Position numbers and translations under genes: made by a program. Positions 19,171 to 28,730 of a stretch of DNA of 64,000 nucleotides are shown piece by piece (within the stretch, counting starts at the first letter, position 1; each line of letters starts with the position of its first letter). The notes under the pieces were generated by a model that worked only from the letters and a program-made list of their open reading frames with translations, was not told where the DNA came from and made no database searches. The stretch comes from Trueperaceae bacterium. Lineage in GTDB: Bacteria; Deinococcota; Deinococci; Deinococcales; Trueperaceae. The stretch spans positions 864,001-928,000 of the forward strand of contig OZ243913.1 of the NCBI GenBank assembly GCA_965213705.1. Reading direction: 5' to 3'.

Positions 19171-20013
19171 TCACGCCATCTGCCGCTGCGACACCACGCT
19201 TTCTTCCGGCACCATGCGCTCGCCGATTTTGGCGGCGGCGATGTAGAGCACGACCGCTGCGCCGATTTTGTTGACCATGTCGGCCACCGTAAAGGCGATG
19301 TGTACCCAGTTGAGCGACAAACCCGGCGCGAGCGCGGGCAGCATGTAGCCGATGGGGTAAACGCCCCACGTGGTCACGGTCGCAAAGGCCAACCACTTGT
19401 AGGCGGTGCGTTCCTCGGGTTTGGCGTCCGCGCCGTGGCGGCGGTAAAGGCTGAACAGGATGATGGGGATGAAGACGTAACCTATCGTCGAGACAAAGCC
19501 CCAAAAGTAAAGCCTGCCGTTTAAGTAGTTGCCCGTCGCGGTGAACTGCTGCTCGCCGATGTACCCCGTGACAATCATAAACAGGTCGGCCAACAAGAGC
19601 AGCGCGAGCGCGCCCTTGATGTTTTTGGGTTTGATGCGCAGGGTCATGACGGTTTTTAAGAGCAGTAGCGGCGTCGTGATAAACCAGTCGATGTAGCGGT
19701 ACTGGCCGATTGCCAAAAATGAGTCGCGCACGAGCGTTTGCCGCGCGGCCGCGTCGGGGGTGTTGGCGAGTTCCACCAACATCGAGTGGTAATACTGGTG
19801 AATGAAAAAGTAAGACACCCCGGCCACGCCCACGATGACCGCCGAGAGCACAATCGAGTCGCGGTGCTCGGGCGCAATTCGGTCACGGTTCGAAAGTGCC
19901 CACACGAATGTACCTGCAAAACCGAATACGGAGACGAAAAGAGCGTAGTTGGTGATGGCGGCGAGTAGCCCCACCGACGCCGCCGTCGGAATAAACTGGT
20001 CTGCAAAACGCAT
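19171..20013 (-). CDS. Microbial (type 1) rhodopsin, DTK motif
   Basis: Seven hydrophobic segments; helix C YRYIDWFITTPLLLLK; helix F WGVYPIGY; helix G ADMVNKIG (retinal Lys). Confidence 0.95.
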   Translation of the reverse strand: MRFADQFIPTAASVGLLAAITNYALFVSVFGFAGTFVWALSNRDRIAPEHRDSIVLSAVIVGVAGVSYFFIHQYYHSMLVELANTPDAAARQTLVRDSFLAIGQYRYIDWFITTPLLLLKTVMTLRIKPKNIKGALALLLLADLFMIVTGYIGEQQFTATGNYLNGRLYFWGFVSTIGYVFIPIILFSLYRRHGADAKPEERTAYKWLAFATVTTWGVYPIGYMLPALAPGLSLNWVHIAFTVADMVNKIGAAVVLYIAAAKIGERMVPEESVVSQRQMA

Positions 20014-20390
20014 GTTTCCCCCCGGCCGTTTAACGGTCTGAACTAAAACGTTTAACCTTTTAGAGTCGTTTGTCGTCTCACCCCCACGCGACCCTTGCGC
20101 CGCTTCTGATGGCTGAGATAGTAGCGCCGCGTGAGAACGCCGACTATTCCTGGAATTACTATTTTCGGGCGGGCTCGAGCTTACAAAAACTTCGTATTCT
20201 TAAACCTCTATTTTGTGGTGACCTCGAACCCTAGCCGGCGTCTGTTGGGTGACCGGACAACCCTTACGGCGGCAGGGTTCAGTTCGAAAACAAAGCTTGG
20301 CTCGAGCGTGTTGAAAGATTCGCTTTTCTCAAAGTCAAGTGTCGAAGCAATCCGCCTTTTGCTACAATCAACTCACCCACGGAGGCGCAC

Positions 20391-20936
20391 ATGAGCCTGA
20401 CCATCAAAAAAGAACCCTTCACCTACCACGACCTGGACAACTTCCCCGACGACGGTAAGCGCCGCGAAATCATTGGAGGCGACCTTTACGTGAGCGCAGC
20501 ACCTAACACACGCCACCAGCGGCTTATCGTCGAATTAGTCTTTCTGATTCGTAGCTTTTTACAAGACAATCCAGTGGGCACTGTGTTTGCAGCACCTACC
20601 CAAGTCGTCTTCGACGAAATGGAGAGCGTCGAGCCGGATATTTTTGTGGTCCTCAAAGAAGGACGTGCCGAAATTACCGAACGAAGAATCTTGGGCGCAC
20701 CCGCCTGGGTCGTCGAGGTGTTGTCGCCCTCGAACCGAGACTACGACCTGGAAACGAAGCGCAAACTTTACGCTCGCTACGGCGTGGTCTACTGGGTCGT
20801 CGACCCTGAAGCTGAGGAGATTTTGAGCTGGGATACAGAGGGAAAAGTAGTCTACCAGAGAGGTGACGAGGCGAAAGTTTCTGTGTTGCCGGGGTTTGGG
20901 CTCGAGCCCACCCTGCTGTTCGACGCTGTTAGTTAA
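20391..20936 (+). CDS. Uma2 family endonuclease (DUF820)
   Basis: REIIGGDL..SAAP..RHQ, EPDI, VEVLSPS, D...K..LY, YWVVDP. Confidence 0.9.
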   Translation: MSLTIKKEPFTYHDLDNFPDDGKRREIIGGDLYVSAAPNTRHQRLIVELVFLIRSFLQDNPVGTVFAAPTQVVFDEMESVEPDIFVVLKEGRAEITERRILGAPAWVVEVLSPSNRDYDLETKRKLYARYGVVYWVVDPEAEEILSWDTEGKVVYQRGDEAKVSVLPGFGLEPTLLFDAVS

Positions 20937-20949
20937 GCTGGCGTTTTCT

Positions 20950-21294
20950 ATGAAGCAGGTTGCACTCCTCCTGTTTATAACTTTCACGATAGGTTTTCTC
21001 ACCAGTTGTGGTGGCGTCAAAGTTACCGTCCAAAACGTGAGTGATAAACTGTTGCAGGATGTTGAATTACGTACAACGTCGGACGTGTACGAACTCGGTA
21101 GTATCCCGCCCGGAAGCAGCGTCAGCGAGCGGATTAGGCCTACAGAGGATACAGATTTAGCCTTGTCTCACCGGGACCATCCCGAACGGCTGATGGTAGG
21201 CACTTACCTGACGGGTGGGCTCACCGGACAAATCACGATAGACCTTAACGACGACGCTATTACGAAAGTTTCCGACGACATAAAAGTCCGGTAA
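20950..21294 (+). CDS. Small hypothetical lipoprotein
   Basis: MKQVALLLFITFTIGFLTSC lipobox. Confidence 0.65.
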   Translation: MKQVALLLFITFTIGFLTSCGGVKVTVQNVSDKLLQDVELRTTSDVYELGSIPPGSSVSERIRPTEDTDLALSHRDHPERLMVGTYLTGGLTGQITIDLNDDAITKVSDDIKVR

Positions 21295-21422
21295 GAGGCG
21301 GTGGACGATGCGGGTTTCAAAAGCTTTATGCTCAACTCGTCGTCAGCTCTACGCCTAGCTTCGTGAGTTACGTCAGCAGTTCAAATGTTTTTCCCCCTTC
21401 TCTTTAATTTTCGTTCTTCGCA

Positions 21423-23372
21423 CTACCGAACTTCACTCCCACTCGCAATATCTCTGTCTAGCGCAGACACGCTCAGGTTTCCTTCATCGTCCTCGGCGGC
21501 CAGAATCATCCCCTGCGACTCGACGCCGCGCAGTTTCACGGGTTTGAGGTTGGCGACGATGATGACTTTTTTGCCGGTCAACTCTTCGGGCTTGTACCAC
21601 TGCCGGATGCCCGAAACAATCGTGCGCTCTTCCGAACCGAGCTTCACGCTCAAAACGAGGAGTTTGTCGGCCTTCGGGTGCGGCTCGCACTTGACGACCT
21701 CGGCGACGCGGAACTCGAGCCTCGCAAAGTCCTCAATCGTCACCTCGTCCTTGTGCTCGAGGGGCGTTTCCTCGCGCAACACGTCTTTCATAAGCGCCTC
21801 CAAGTCGATGCGCGGGAAAAGCGGGTCGCCGGGTTGGGTCTTCGTGTCGGCGGGCGTGTCGCCCCACACGGCGGCTTTGTTCAGGTCGTAGTAGAGGGTC
21901 TCGAGCCCGAGCTGCTTACGCAACTCCTGCGCCTTGGTCGGAATCACCGGGTCGAGGAGGATGGACGCGACGCGCAAGCCCTCGACGCAGTTGTACAGCA
22001 CCGTGTTCAAGCGCTCGGCGTCGGCCTCGTCTCGAGCCAGCACCCAGGGCTGCGTCTCGGCGATGTACTTGTTCGCCTTGCGCACAGCTTCCAACACGCT
22101 CTCGATGGCGCGGTCGAACTGGAGGTCGTCGAACTGCTGCGTGACGGTTGCGGGGAGGGCAACAAAGGCGTCGCGTAGCGCCTCGTCGGTGGGCTCGAGC
22201 GCGCCCGGCCCCTTCACCACGCCGCCCCGGTACTTGCCGAGCATCCCGAGCGTGCGGTTGAGCAAGTTGCCTAAGTCGTTCGCCAGGTCCGAGTTGATGC
22301 GCTCGGCCAGCCCCACCTCGCTGAACGAAGCGTCCAGCCCGAAGGTCATGTCGCGCAACAGGTAGTAGCGAAAGGCGTCGTTGCCGTACTTGTCTTTCAA
22401 GTCCAGGGGCCGCACCACGTTCCCTTTAGACTTGCTCATCTTGCCGCCGTCCACCAACCAGTAACCGTGGACGTTGAGGTGCTGGTAAATCGGCAAGCCC
22501 GCCGCTTTCAGCATCGTCGGCCAAAAGACGCCGTGGGGTTTCAAGATGTCCTTGGCGATAAAGTGCTCGACGTGGGGCCAGTAGCGCTCGGTCAAACTTT
22601 GGCTCTCGAGGGCCGAGAAATAGTTGATGAGCGCGTCGAACCACACGTAAGTCACGTGGTTTTCGTCCCACGGGAGCGGGATGCCCCAGGGCACGCGGCT
22701 TCGGGGGCGGCTTATCGAGAGGTCGCCGATGGGCTCGCGCAGGATGCCTAAAACCTCGTTTTTGTAGCGCTCGGGCCGGATGAAGTCCGGGTTTTGCTCG
22801 ATGTAGTCTTTCAGCCAGGGGCGGTACTTTTCCATGCGGAAAAAGTAGTTTTCTTCCGACCGGTACTCGAGCCTTATGTCGTGCTGCGGACACTTGCCGT
22901 CGACGAGTTCTTTCTCGGTGTAGTAGCGCTCGCAGCCGACGCAGTACAAGCCGCCGTACTCGCCGAAGATGATGTCGCCGGAGTCGTAAACGCGCTGGAG
23001 GATTTCACTGACGACTTTTTTGTGCCGCGCCTCGGTCGTGCGGATGAACTCGTCGTAGTGGATGCCCAGGTCGTCCCAAACCGCGCGGAACTGCCCTGAA
23101 ATCCGGTCGGTGTAGGCCTGCGGACTCAAGCCGGCGGCCTCGGCGGCTTTTTGTACCTTTTCGCCGTGCTCGTCGGTGCCGGTCAGGAAATAGGTGTCGT
23201 CGCCCTTGAGCCGGTGAAGCCTCGTCACCACGTCAACGAGCGTCGTCGTGTAGGCGTGGCCGATGTGCGGCTCGGCGTTGACGTAAAAGATGGGCGTGGT
23301 GGCGTAGTAGATGGTTTGGTTTGGGTCGGCGGGACTCGCGTCTTCCGGTTTGGGCTGTGTCTCCGTGGTCAT
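21423..23372 (-). CDS. metG: Methionyl-tRNA synthetase with C-terminal tRNA-binding domain
   Basis: HIGH, CVGC zinc knuckle, YVWFDAL, KMSKS, HPKADKL...SQGMIL; AGGAG RBS before ATG 23372. Confidence 0.97.
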   Translation of the reverse strand: MTTETQPKPEDASPADPNQTIYYATTPIFYVNAEPHIGHAYTTTLVDVVTRLHRLKGDDTYFLTGTDEHGEKVQKAAEAAGLSPQAYTDRISGQFRAVWDDLGIHYDEFIRTTEARHKKVVSEILQRVYDSGDIIFGEYGGLYCVGCERYYTEKELVDGKCPQHDIRLEYRSEENYFFRMEKYRPWLKDYIEQNPDFIRPERYKNEVLGILREPIGDLSISRPRSRVPWGIPLPWDENHVTYVWFDALINYFSALESQSLTERYWPHVEHFIAKDILKPHGVFWPTMLKAAGLPIYQHLNVHGYWLVDGGKMSKSKGNVVRPLDLKDKYGNDAFRYYLLRDMTFGLDASFSEVGLAERINSDLANDLGNLLNRTLGMLGKYRGGVVKGPGALEPTDEALRDAFVALPATVTQQFDDLQFDRAIESVLEAVRKANKYIAETQPWVLARDEADAERLNTVLYNCVEGLRVASILLDPVIPTKAQELRKQLGLETLYYDLNKAAVWGDTPADTKTQPGDPLFPRIDLEALMKDVLREETPLEHKDEVTIEDFARLEFRVAEVVKCEPHPKADKLLVLSVKLGSEERTIVSGIRQWYKPEELTGKKVIIVANLKPVKLRGVESQGMILAAEDDEGNLSVSALDRDIASGSEVR

Positions 23373-23390
23373 CTTCGTTCTCCTAACGGC

Positions 23391-23423
23391 AAAAAAAGAA
23401 GGGCGCTTTCGCAAAAGCGCCCC
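23391..23423 (-). terminator. Intrinsic terminator in the metG leader
   Basis: Minus strand gggcgcttt tgcg aaagcgccc followed by ttcttttttt, about 20 nt before the metG start. Confidence 0.8.
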
Positions 23424-23443
23424 GTAACGACTAGGTTGAAAAC

Positions 23444-23482
23444 CTATCCGACTCCAGGGCAAAGTTGCATCAGTCGCTTCAT
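23444..23482 (-). promoter_or_regulatory. Putative metG leader peptide MKRLMQLCPGVG*
   Basis: TATACT (23489-23494) 6 nt before the ATG; two Met codons; followed by hairpins and the terminator. Confidence 0.55.
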
Positions 23483-23634
23483 AGGGCAAGTATAGCAGAC
23501 CTTTGGAACGCGCGTGCTGTAGGCGTTTGCCGACTCGAGATACTGGGTGGCGGCGTAGCAAGCGGTGGCGGTTACTCCGGCTCGTCCCTTACAAAGCTAC
23601 AATCGGACTATGTTTTTCAGAAGAGGTGACCCCC

Positions 23635-24240
23635 ATGACAAACGTTGAAATTCCCGATATTTCCCGAACCGAACGCCTCGAGCTGCCCGCCCCCCGCACC
23701 GCCTTAATCGTCGTGGACATGCAAAACGACTTCGCCCACCCCGACGGAACGCTTTACGGCGAGGACGCGACGCGCGTCATCCCAACCATTCAAGGACTGC
23801 TCGAAAAGGCTCGAGCCGCGGGCATGCGCGTCATCTTTACCCAGGACTGGCACGGTGACGCCGACCCCGAGTTCGAGATTTGGGGCGAGCACGCTCTAGC
23901 CGATACCTGGGGCGCGGAGATTGTGGAGGGCTTGGAGCCGCGCGACGATGAAACCCGCATCCGTAAACTTCGCTACGACGCGTTTTACGGCACGTCTTTG
24001 GAGCACCTGCTAAACCTCTGGGGCATCACCCACACCGTCATCGTCGGCACCGTCGCCAACATCTGCGTGCTCCACACGGCGGGCTCGGCGGCGCTGCGCT
24101 ATCTGGACGTGGTCGTCCCCGAAGACGCGGTCGCCGCACTCACAGATTTCGACAAGGAAAGCGCGCTGCGGCAGGTGACTTTCCTCTACCGCGGTGAGGT
24201 CACGAAAGCCGACGGCATCACTTTCGTCCAATCAGCGTGA
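23635..24240 (+). CDS. Isochorismatase-family cysteine hydrolase, nicotinamidase-like
   Basis: VVDMQNDF, metal ligands QDWH and WGEH, catalytic K (IRK) and C (ANICV). Confidence 0.85.
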   Translation: MTNVEIPDISRTERLELPAPRTALIVVDMQNDFAHPDGTLYGEDATRVIPTIQGLLEKARAAGMRVIFTQDWHGDADPEFEIWGEHALADTWGAEIVEGLEPRDDETRIRKLRYDAFYGTSLEHLLNLWGITHTVIVGTVANICVLHTAGSAALRYLDVVVPEDAVAALTDFDKESALRQVTFLYRGEVTKADGITFVQSA

Positions 24241-24923
24241 GGGAGGTTCAAGGCGTCCTGTTCGATATGGACGGCCTGCTCCTCGATAGCGAGCGATTGT
24301 ATTTAGAGGCGACTCGGCAGGCATTCGAGGAGCACTCGTTCGATTTTCAAACAGATGCGTACTTAGAGTGCATCTGTACACCTGACGTGGAAGCGGTGAA
24401 GATTATGCGCACGGCTTACGATGACACTTTGCCCGTTGAGAAAGTGATGGCTCGAGCTGCGGAACTCTACAGGAAGCGCGTACATTCGGAACCCGTGCCG
24501 CTCAAAGAAGGTTGTTTGGAGTTGTTGGGCTTTTTGGAAGAGAACGACATCAAGTGCGCGGTCGTCACTTCGACGCGCACCGAACTGGCTGAGCACAAGC
24601 TGCGGCTTGCCGGAATTCACGACGCGTTTTCTTTTGTTATAGGTGGCGACCAGGTGACGCGCAGCAAACCCGCGCCGGACATCTACCTCCGCGGCGTCGA
24701 AAAAATGGGTGTTCCGGTTGAAGCCTGCCTCGCTCTGGAAGATTCGGAAAACGGCGTGCGGGCGGCGGTGGTGGCGGGTCTGCAGGTCGTTCAGGTGCCG
24801 GATTTGAAAGCGCCGTCGGACGAATTCTTGACGTTGGGCCATGAGGTTCTACCTTCGCTCAGGGCAGTTAAGGATTATTTGGCGGGGTTGGGAAGCGTTT
24901 CGGTTGATACATACAGCGTTTGA
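24237..24923 (+). CDS. HAD family phosphatase
   Basis: FDMDGLLLDSE, VVTST, KPAPDIY, LEDSENG. Confidence 0.92.
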   Translation: MREVQGVLFDMDGLLLDSERLYLEATRQAFEEHSFDFQTDAYLECICTPDVEAVKIMRTAYDDTLPVEKVMARAAELYRKRVHSEPVPLKEGCLELLGFLEENDIKCAVVTSTRTELAEHKLRLAGIHDAFSFVIGGDQVTRSKPAPDIYLRGVEKMGVPVEACLALEDSENGVRAAVVAGLQVVQVPDLKAPSDEFLTLGHEVLPSLRAVKDYLAGLGSVSVDTYSV

Positions 24924-24991
24924 CTCACCCCTGCCTCCCCTTTGAGGGTAGGTGCCGAAGGGTGGAGGGCTCGAGGGTCGGATTGAAACCT

Positions 24992-25591
24992 TCAAGCCTC
25001 CACCAACGCCCCGAAGTCGATTTCAGCCGCGGGCCGCACGTCGGCCTTCAGCACGCGCTCCATAATCCGCAGCGCCTCGTCGCCATAGTCGTCACGCTCC
25101 GCCGCCACGCAGTCGGGCGGGACGACGAGCTTGAAGTCCTGCATGTAGGCGTCGTTGGCGGTGAACAGCACGCAGATGTCGGTGGCGACGCCGCAGAGGA
25201 TAAGCGTTTCGACGCCCAAGTCGCGCAGCAGCGTGTAGAGCGAGGTGAGAAAGAAGCCCGAGTGTTTCGGTTTGAGGACGAAGTAGTCGTCCTCTTCGGG
25301 CCGCAAAAGCTCGACCATTCGTTTGCCGGGCGTGTCGCCCAAGCAGTACTCGACGACGCGGGTAAAGTCGCTCTGCCAGCGCCCGAAGTTGTCGTTGACG
25401 TAGACCACCGGTACCCCGGCGATTTTGGCGCGGCATTTCAGGTCGGCAATCGTCTCAGCTACCGGCAGGGCGCGTTCCAGCAAGTTTTCAGCGCCTTCAA
25501 ACTCGAGCGGGTTGATAACGTCGATAAGCAAAAGTGCGACGACGGACTCGTCGGCTTTGTCGTGGTGCAAGGCTTTCGGGTCTCTCGGCAT
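24992..25591 (-). CDS. Isochorismatase-family cysteine hydrolase (YaaI-like)
   Basis: LIDVIN, YVNDNFG, KPKHSGF, GVATDICV. Confidence 0.88.
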   Translation of the reverse strand: MPRDPKALHHDKADESVVALLLIDVINPLEFEGAENLLERALPVAETIADLKCRAKIAGVPVVYVNDNFGRWQSDFTRVVEYCLGDTPGKRMVELLRPEEDDYFVLKPKHSGFFLTSLYTLLRDLGVETLILCGVATDICVLFTANDAYMQDFKLVVPPDCVAAERDDYGDEALRIMERVLKADVRPAAEIDFGALVEA

Positions 25592-25751
25592 GGTTGCCCC
25601 CTGGGCTTTATCAAAAAACCGCCCGGCGAAAAGAACCGTATCCCGACGCACCTTCTACCGTAGGACGACGCTGGAAACGCGTGCGGACAAGCTGATATTC
25701 TCGGCTTATGCACCTTCCCTGAGCAGGGGAGCGGAGGAGAACAGGCTTTTG

Positions 25752-25808
<57 letters not shown>

Positions 25809-25810
25809 CC

Positions 25811-27946
25811 ATGAACCTCGTCACCCTCGCCACCTGCAACTTAAACCAGTGGGCGCTCGACTTCGGCGGCAACTTGGAGCGCATCGCCGCGTCCATCCGC
25901 GTCGCTAAAGAGCGCGGCGCGCGCTACCGGCTCGGGCCGGAGTTGGAGATTCCGGGTTACGGCTGCCAGGACGCTTTTTTAGAGGGCGACACGATTCGCC
26001 ACTCGTGGGAGTGCTTGGCGGAAATCTTGGACAGCGACCTCACCGACGACCTCCTCTGCGATGTCGGGATGCCCGTGCTGCACCGCGACGTGCGCTACAA
26101 CTGCCGGGTGTTTTTGCTGAACCGGAAAATCCTCCTCATCCGTCCGAAGATGGCGCTGGCCCAGGACGGCAACTACCGCGAGGCGCGCTACTTCGCCGCC
26201 TGGGCACATACACGCCACACCGAGGAGCACGTGCTGCCGCGCATGATTCGTGAGATTACGGGACAGGCTACTGTGCCGCTAGGCGACGCGGCCGTCGCCA
26301 CGCTCGACACGGTCGTCGCTGCCGAGACCTGTGAAGAACTGTTCACGCCGGACAGTCCGCACATCCATCTCGGACTCGACGGGGTCGAGATTATCAGCAA
26401 CGGCTCGGGCTCGCACCACGAACTGCGCAAGCTGCAAAAACGGGTCGACCTCATCCTGAGTGCGTCGGCGAAGGGGGGCGGCGTGTACCTTTACGCCAAC
26501 CAGCAAGGCTGCGACGGCGGGCGGCTGTACTTCGACGGCTGCGCCCTCATCGCGGTGAACGGGCGGGTGGTGGCACAGGGCTCACAGTTCTCGCCTCGAG
26601 ACGTCGAGGTCGTCACCGCGACCGTCGATTTGGAAGAGGTGCGTTCGTTCCGCGCGGGCTTTATCAGCCGCATGGTGCAGGGCAGCGAAGCGCCGCCGGT
26701 GCCGCGGGTCTACACGGACTTCGAACTGACCGAACGGGGTTTCTCGCGCGGCCCGAGCCCGGTAGTCGCGCTGAAGTTCCACACGCCGGAAGAAGAAATC
26801 GCCCTCGGCCCGGCCTGCTGGCTGTGGGACTACCTGCGGCGTTCTAGCCTGGGCGGTTTTTTCCTACCGCTTTCGGGCGGCTCGGACTCGGCGGCGGTGG
26901 CGGCGCTGGTGGGTTCGATGTGCCAGCTCGTGGTGCGTGAGGCGCGGGCGGGCAACGAAACCGTCAGCGCGGACGCGCGCCGCATTACCGGGCAGGGCGA
27001 CGACTGGACGCCGGACGACCCCCAGGCCCTCGCTCACGCCCTGCTCCACACCTGTTACATGGGGACGGAAAACTCGTCTAAAGCTACGCGCGCTCGAGCC
27101 AAGCGCCTCGCCGCAGAAATAGGTGCTTACCACCTCGATGTGGACATCGACCAGATTATCTCAGCCTGGCGCACTACCTTCGAAACTCTAACCGATAAGC
27201 GCCCGCGCTTCAAAACGGCGGGCGGCACGAACGCCGAAAACCTCGCACTGCAAAACATTCAGGCGCGCAGCCGCATGGTGCTGGCCTATTTTCTGGCGCA
27301 ACTGTTGCCCTGGGTGCGCGGCCGAGAGGGTGGCCTGCTCGTCCTCGGCACCTCGAACGTGGACGAGGCGTTGCGCGGCTACATGACGAAGTACGACGCG
27401 AGTTCGGCCGACATCAACCCCATCGGCTCGGTGTCAAAAACGGACTTGCGGAGGTTTTTGCGCTGGGGCGTTGAAAACCTCGGCTATGAAAGTTTGTTGG
27501 AAATCGTTGAAGCCGTCCCGACCGCGGAACTCGAGCCCACCACCGAAACCTATACTCAGTCCGACGAGGCCGATATGGGCATGACTTATGAAGAGTTGTC
27601 CGTCTTCGGGCGGTTGCGCAAAGTGGACAAGTGCGGCCCGGTGGCGATGTTCGAACACCTGGTGTTCGCCTGGGACTACTTGAGCCCGGCGGAGGTGGCC
27701 GAAAAGGTGAAGCGGTTTTTCTTCTACTACGCCATCAACCGCCACAAGGCGACCGTCTTGACGCCCGCCTACCACGCCGAAAGCTACTCGCCCGACGACC
27801 ACCGTTACGACCTCCGGCAGTTTCTCTACAACGCCCGCTGGACCTGGCAGTTTCGGAAAATCGACCGATTGGTGGAGGAGATTGAAGGCTCGAGGCCGAA
27901 CGACAAAGCGTCCTCGGCTCCGGGTTTGCAAAGGGAAGACGAGTGA
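25811..27946 (+). CDS. nadE: Glutamine-dependent NAD+ synthetase, eukaryote-type (Qns1/NADSYN1-like)
   Basis: Nitrilase-fold glutaminase triad (GPELE, RPKM, ETCEE); SGGSDS PP-loop; [21 protein letters not shown]. Confidence 0.95.
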   Translation: MNLVTLATCNLNQWALDFGGNLERIAASIRVAKERGARYRLGPELEIPGYGCQDAFLEGDTIRHSWECLAEILDSDLTDDLLCDVGMPVLHRDVRYNCRVFLLNRKILLIRPKMALAQDGNYREARYFAAWAHTRHTEEHVLPRMIREITGQATVPLGDAAVATLDTVVAAETCEELFTPDSPHIHLGLDGVEIISNGSGSHHELRKLQKRVDLILSASAKGGGVYLYANQQGCDGGRLYFDGCALIAVNGRVVAQGSQFSPRDVEVVTATVDLEEVRSFRAGFISRMVQGSEAPPVPRVYTDFELTERGFSRGPSPVVALKFHTPEEEIALGPACWLWDYLRRSSLGGFFLPLSGGSDSAAVAALVGSMCQLVVREARAGNETVSADARRITGQGDDWTPDDPQALAHALLHTCYMGTENSSKATRARAKRLAAEIGAYHLDVDIDQIISAWRTTFETLTDKRPRFKTAGGTNAENLALQNIQARSRMVLAYFLAQLLPWVRGREGGLLVLGTSNVDEALRGYMTKYDASSADINPIGSVSKTDLRRFLRWGVENLGYESLLEIVEAVPTAELEPTTETYTQSDEADMGMTYEELSVFGRLRKVDKCGPVAMFEHLVFAWDYLSPAEVAEKVKRFFFYYAINRHKATVLTPAYHAESYSPDDHRYDLRQFLYNARWTWQFRKIDRLVEEIEGSRPNDKASSAPGLQREDE

Positions 27947-28046
27947 GTCCAGCTCTTTTTTACCAAGCCCTCGAGCACGACCTTTTTCTCTTCTTTTCCC
28001 CTTCCCAAAGGAGTGCGCTCGAGCGCAGCGCCGAGCGAGGGGTTTC

Positions 28047-28619
28047 ATGAGGCTCGGCCTTTACGGCGGCCGCTTCGACCCGCCGCACTTAGGTCACCTC
28101 CTCGTCGCGGAAGGGGCGCGGGCGACCCTCGAGTTAGACCGCGTCTTCTTCATCCCCAGCAAAACCCCGCCGCACAAAGGAACCGAGGCGAGTGCGCAAG
28201 CGCGTTATGAGATGACCCTGCTCGCCACCGCCGAGAACCCCCACTTTTTTGTACTGGACTTGGAACTGAAACGCGAAGGCACCTCTTACAGCGTCGACAC
28301 CGTCGAAACGCTGCTCGAAGCGTACCCGGACGCCGAAATTTTCTACCTGACCGGCGTCGACGCTTACCAGGACATCGCTACCTGGCAGCGCGCTCGAGAC
28401 CTCGTTACAAAAGTGCAGATGGTCGCCTACCCGCGGCCCGGTTACAGCCTGGACGGGCTCGAGCCCCACTTTTCAGACCGCGTTAAGCTTTTGGAGTTGC
28501 CGCTGTTCGAGGTCTCGAGCACAGCCATAAGACAGCGTTTGCGAACGGGGGAGAGCGTGCGCTACTTGCTGCCGGACGCCGTCATGGCTTATGTTGAAAA
28601 ACATACCCTTTACCGCTGA
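28047..28619 (+). CDS. nadD: Nicotinate-nucleotide adenylyltransferase
   Basis: YGGRFDPPHLGH, TPPHK, SYSVDT, VSSTAIR. Confidence 0.94.
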   Translation: MRLGLYGGRFDPPHLGHLLVAEGARATLELDRVFFIPSKTPPHKGTEASAQARYEMTLLATAENPHFFVLDLELKREGTSYSVDTVETLLEAYPDAEIFYLTGVDAYQDIATWQRARDLVTKVQMVAYPRPGYSLDGLEPHFSDRVKLLELPLFEVSSTAIRQRLRTGESVRYLLPDAVMAYVEKHTLYR

Positions 28620-28730
28620 TGTCGCAAGGTCAGCGGTCGCACAGTAGGCAGCCTCACAGTTGGCGGTTTTACAGCCGGTACCCTTTCCGGACAGCCGACA
28701 AGGTCGGGGGACCGAGTTCAACCTGCCCGT

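Noticed and set aside
19160..19175. Possible relic of the original metG 3' end after the rhodopsin
   Set aside because: Only ~12 matching nt with a gap; compatible with chance.
23373..23560. T-box or SAM riboswitch upstream of metG
   Set aside because: No GGTGGNACC T-box or SAM-I core found; the leader is short. Reported as a candidate attenuator instead.
24922..24970. CCTCCCC-type REP-like remnant between convergent genes
   Set aside because: Single degenerate copy with too little support.
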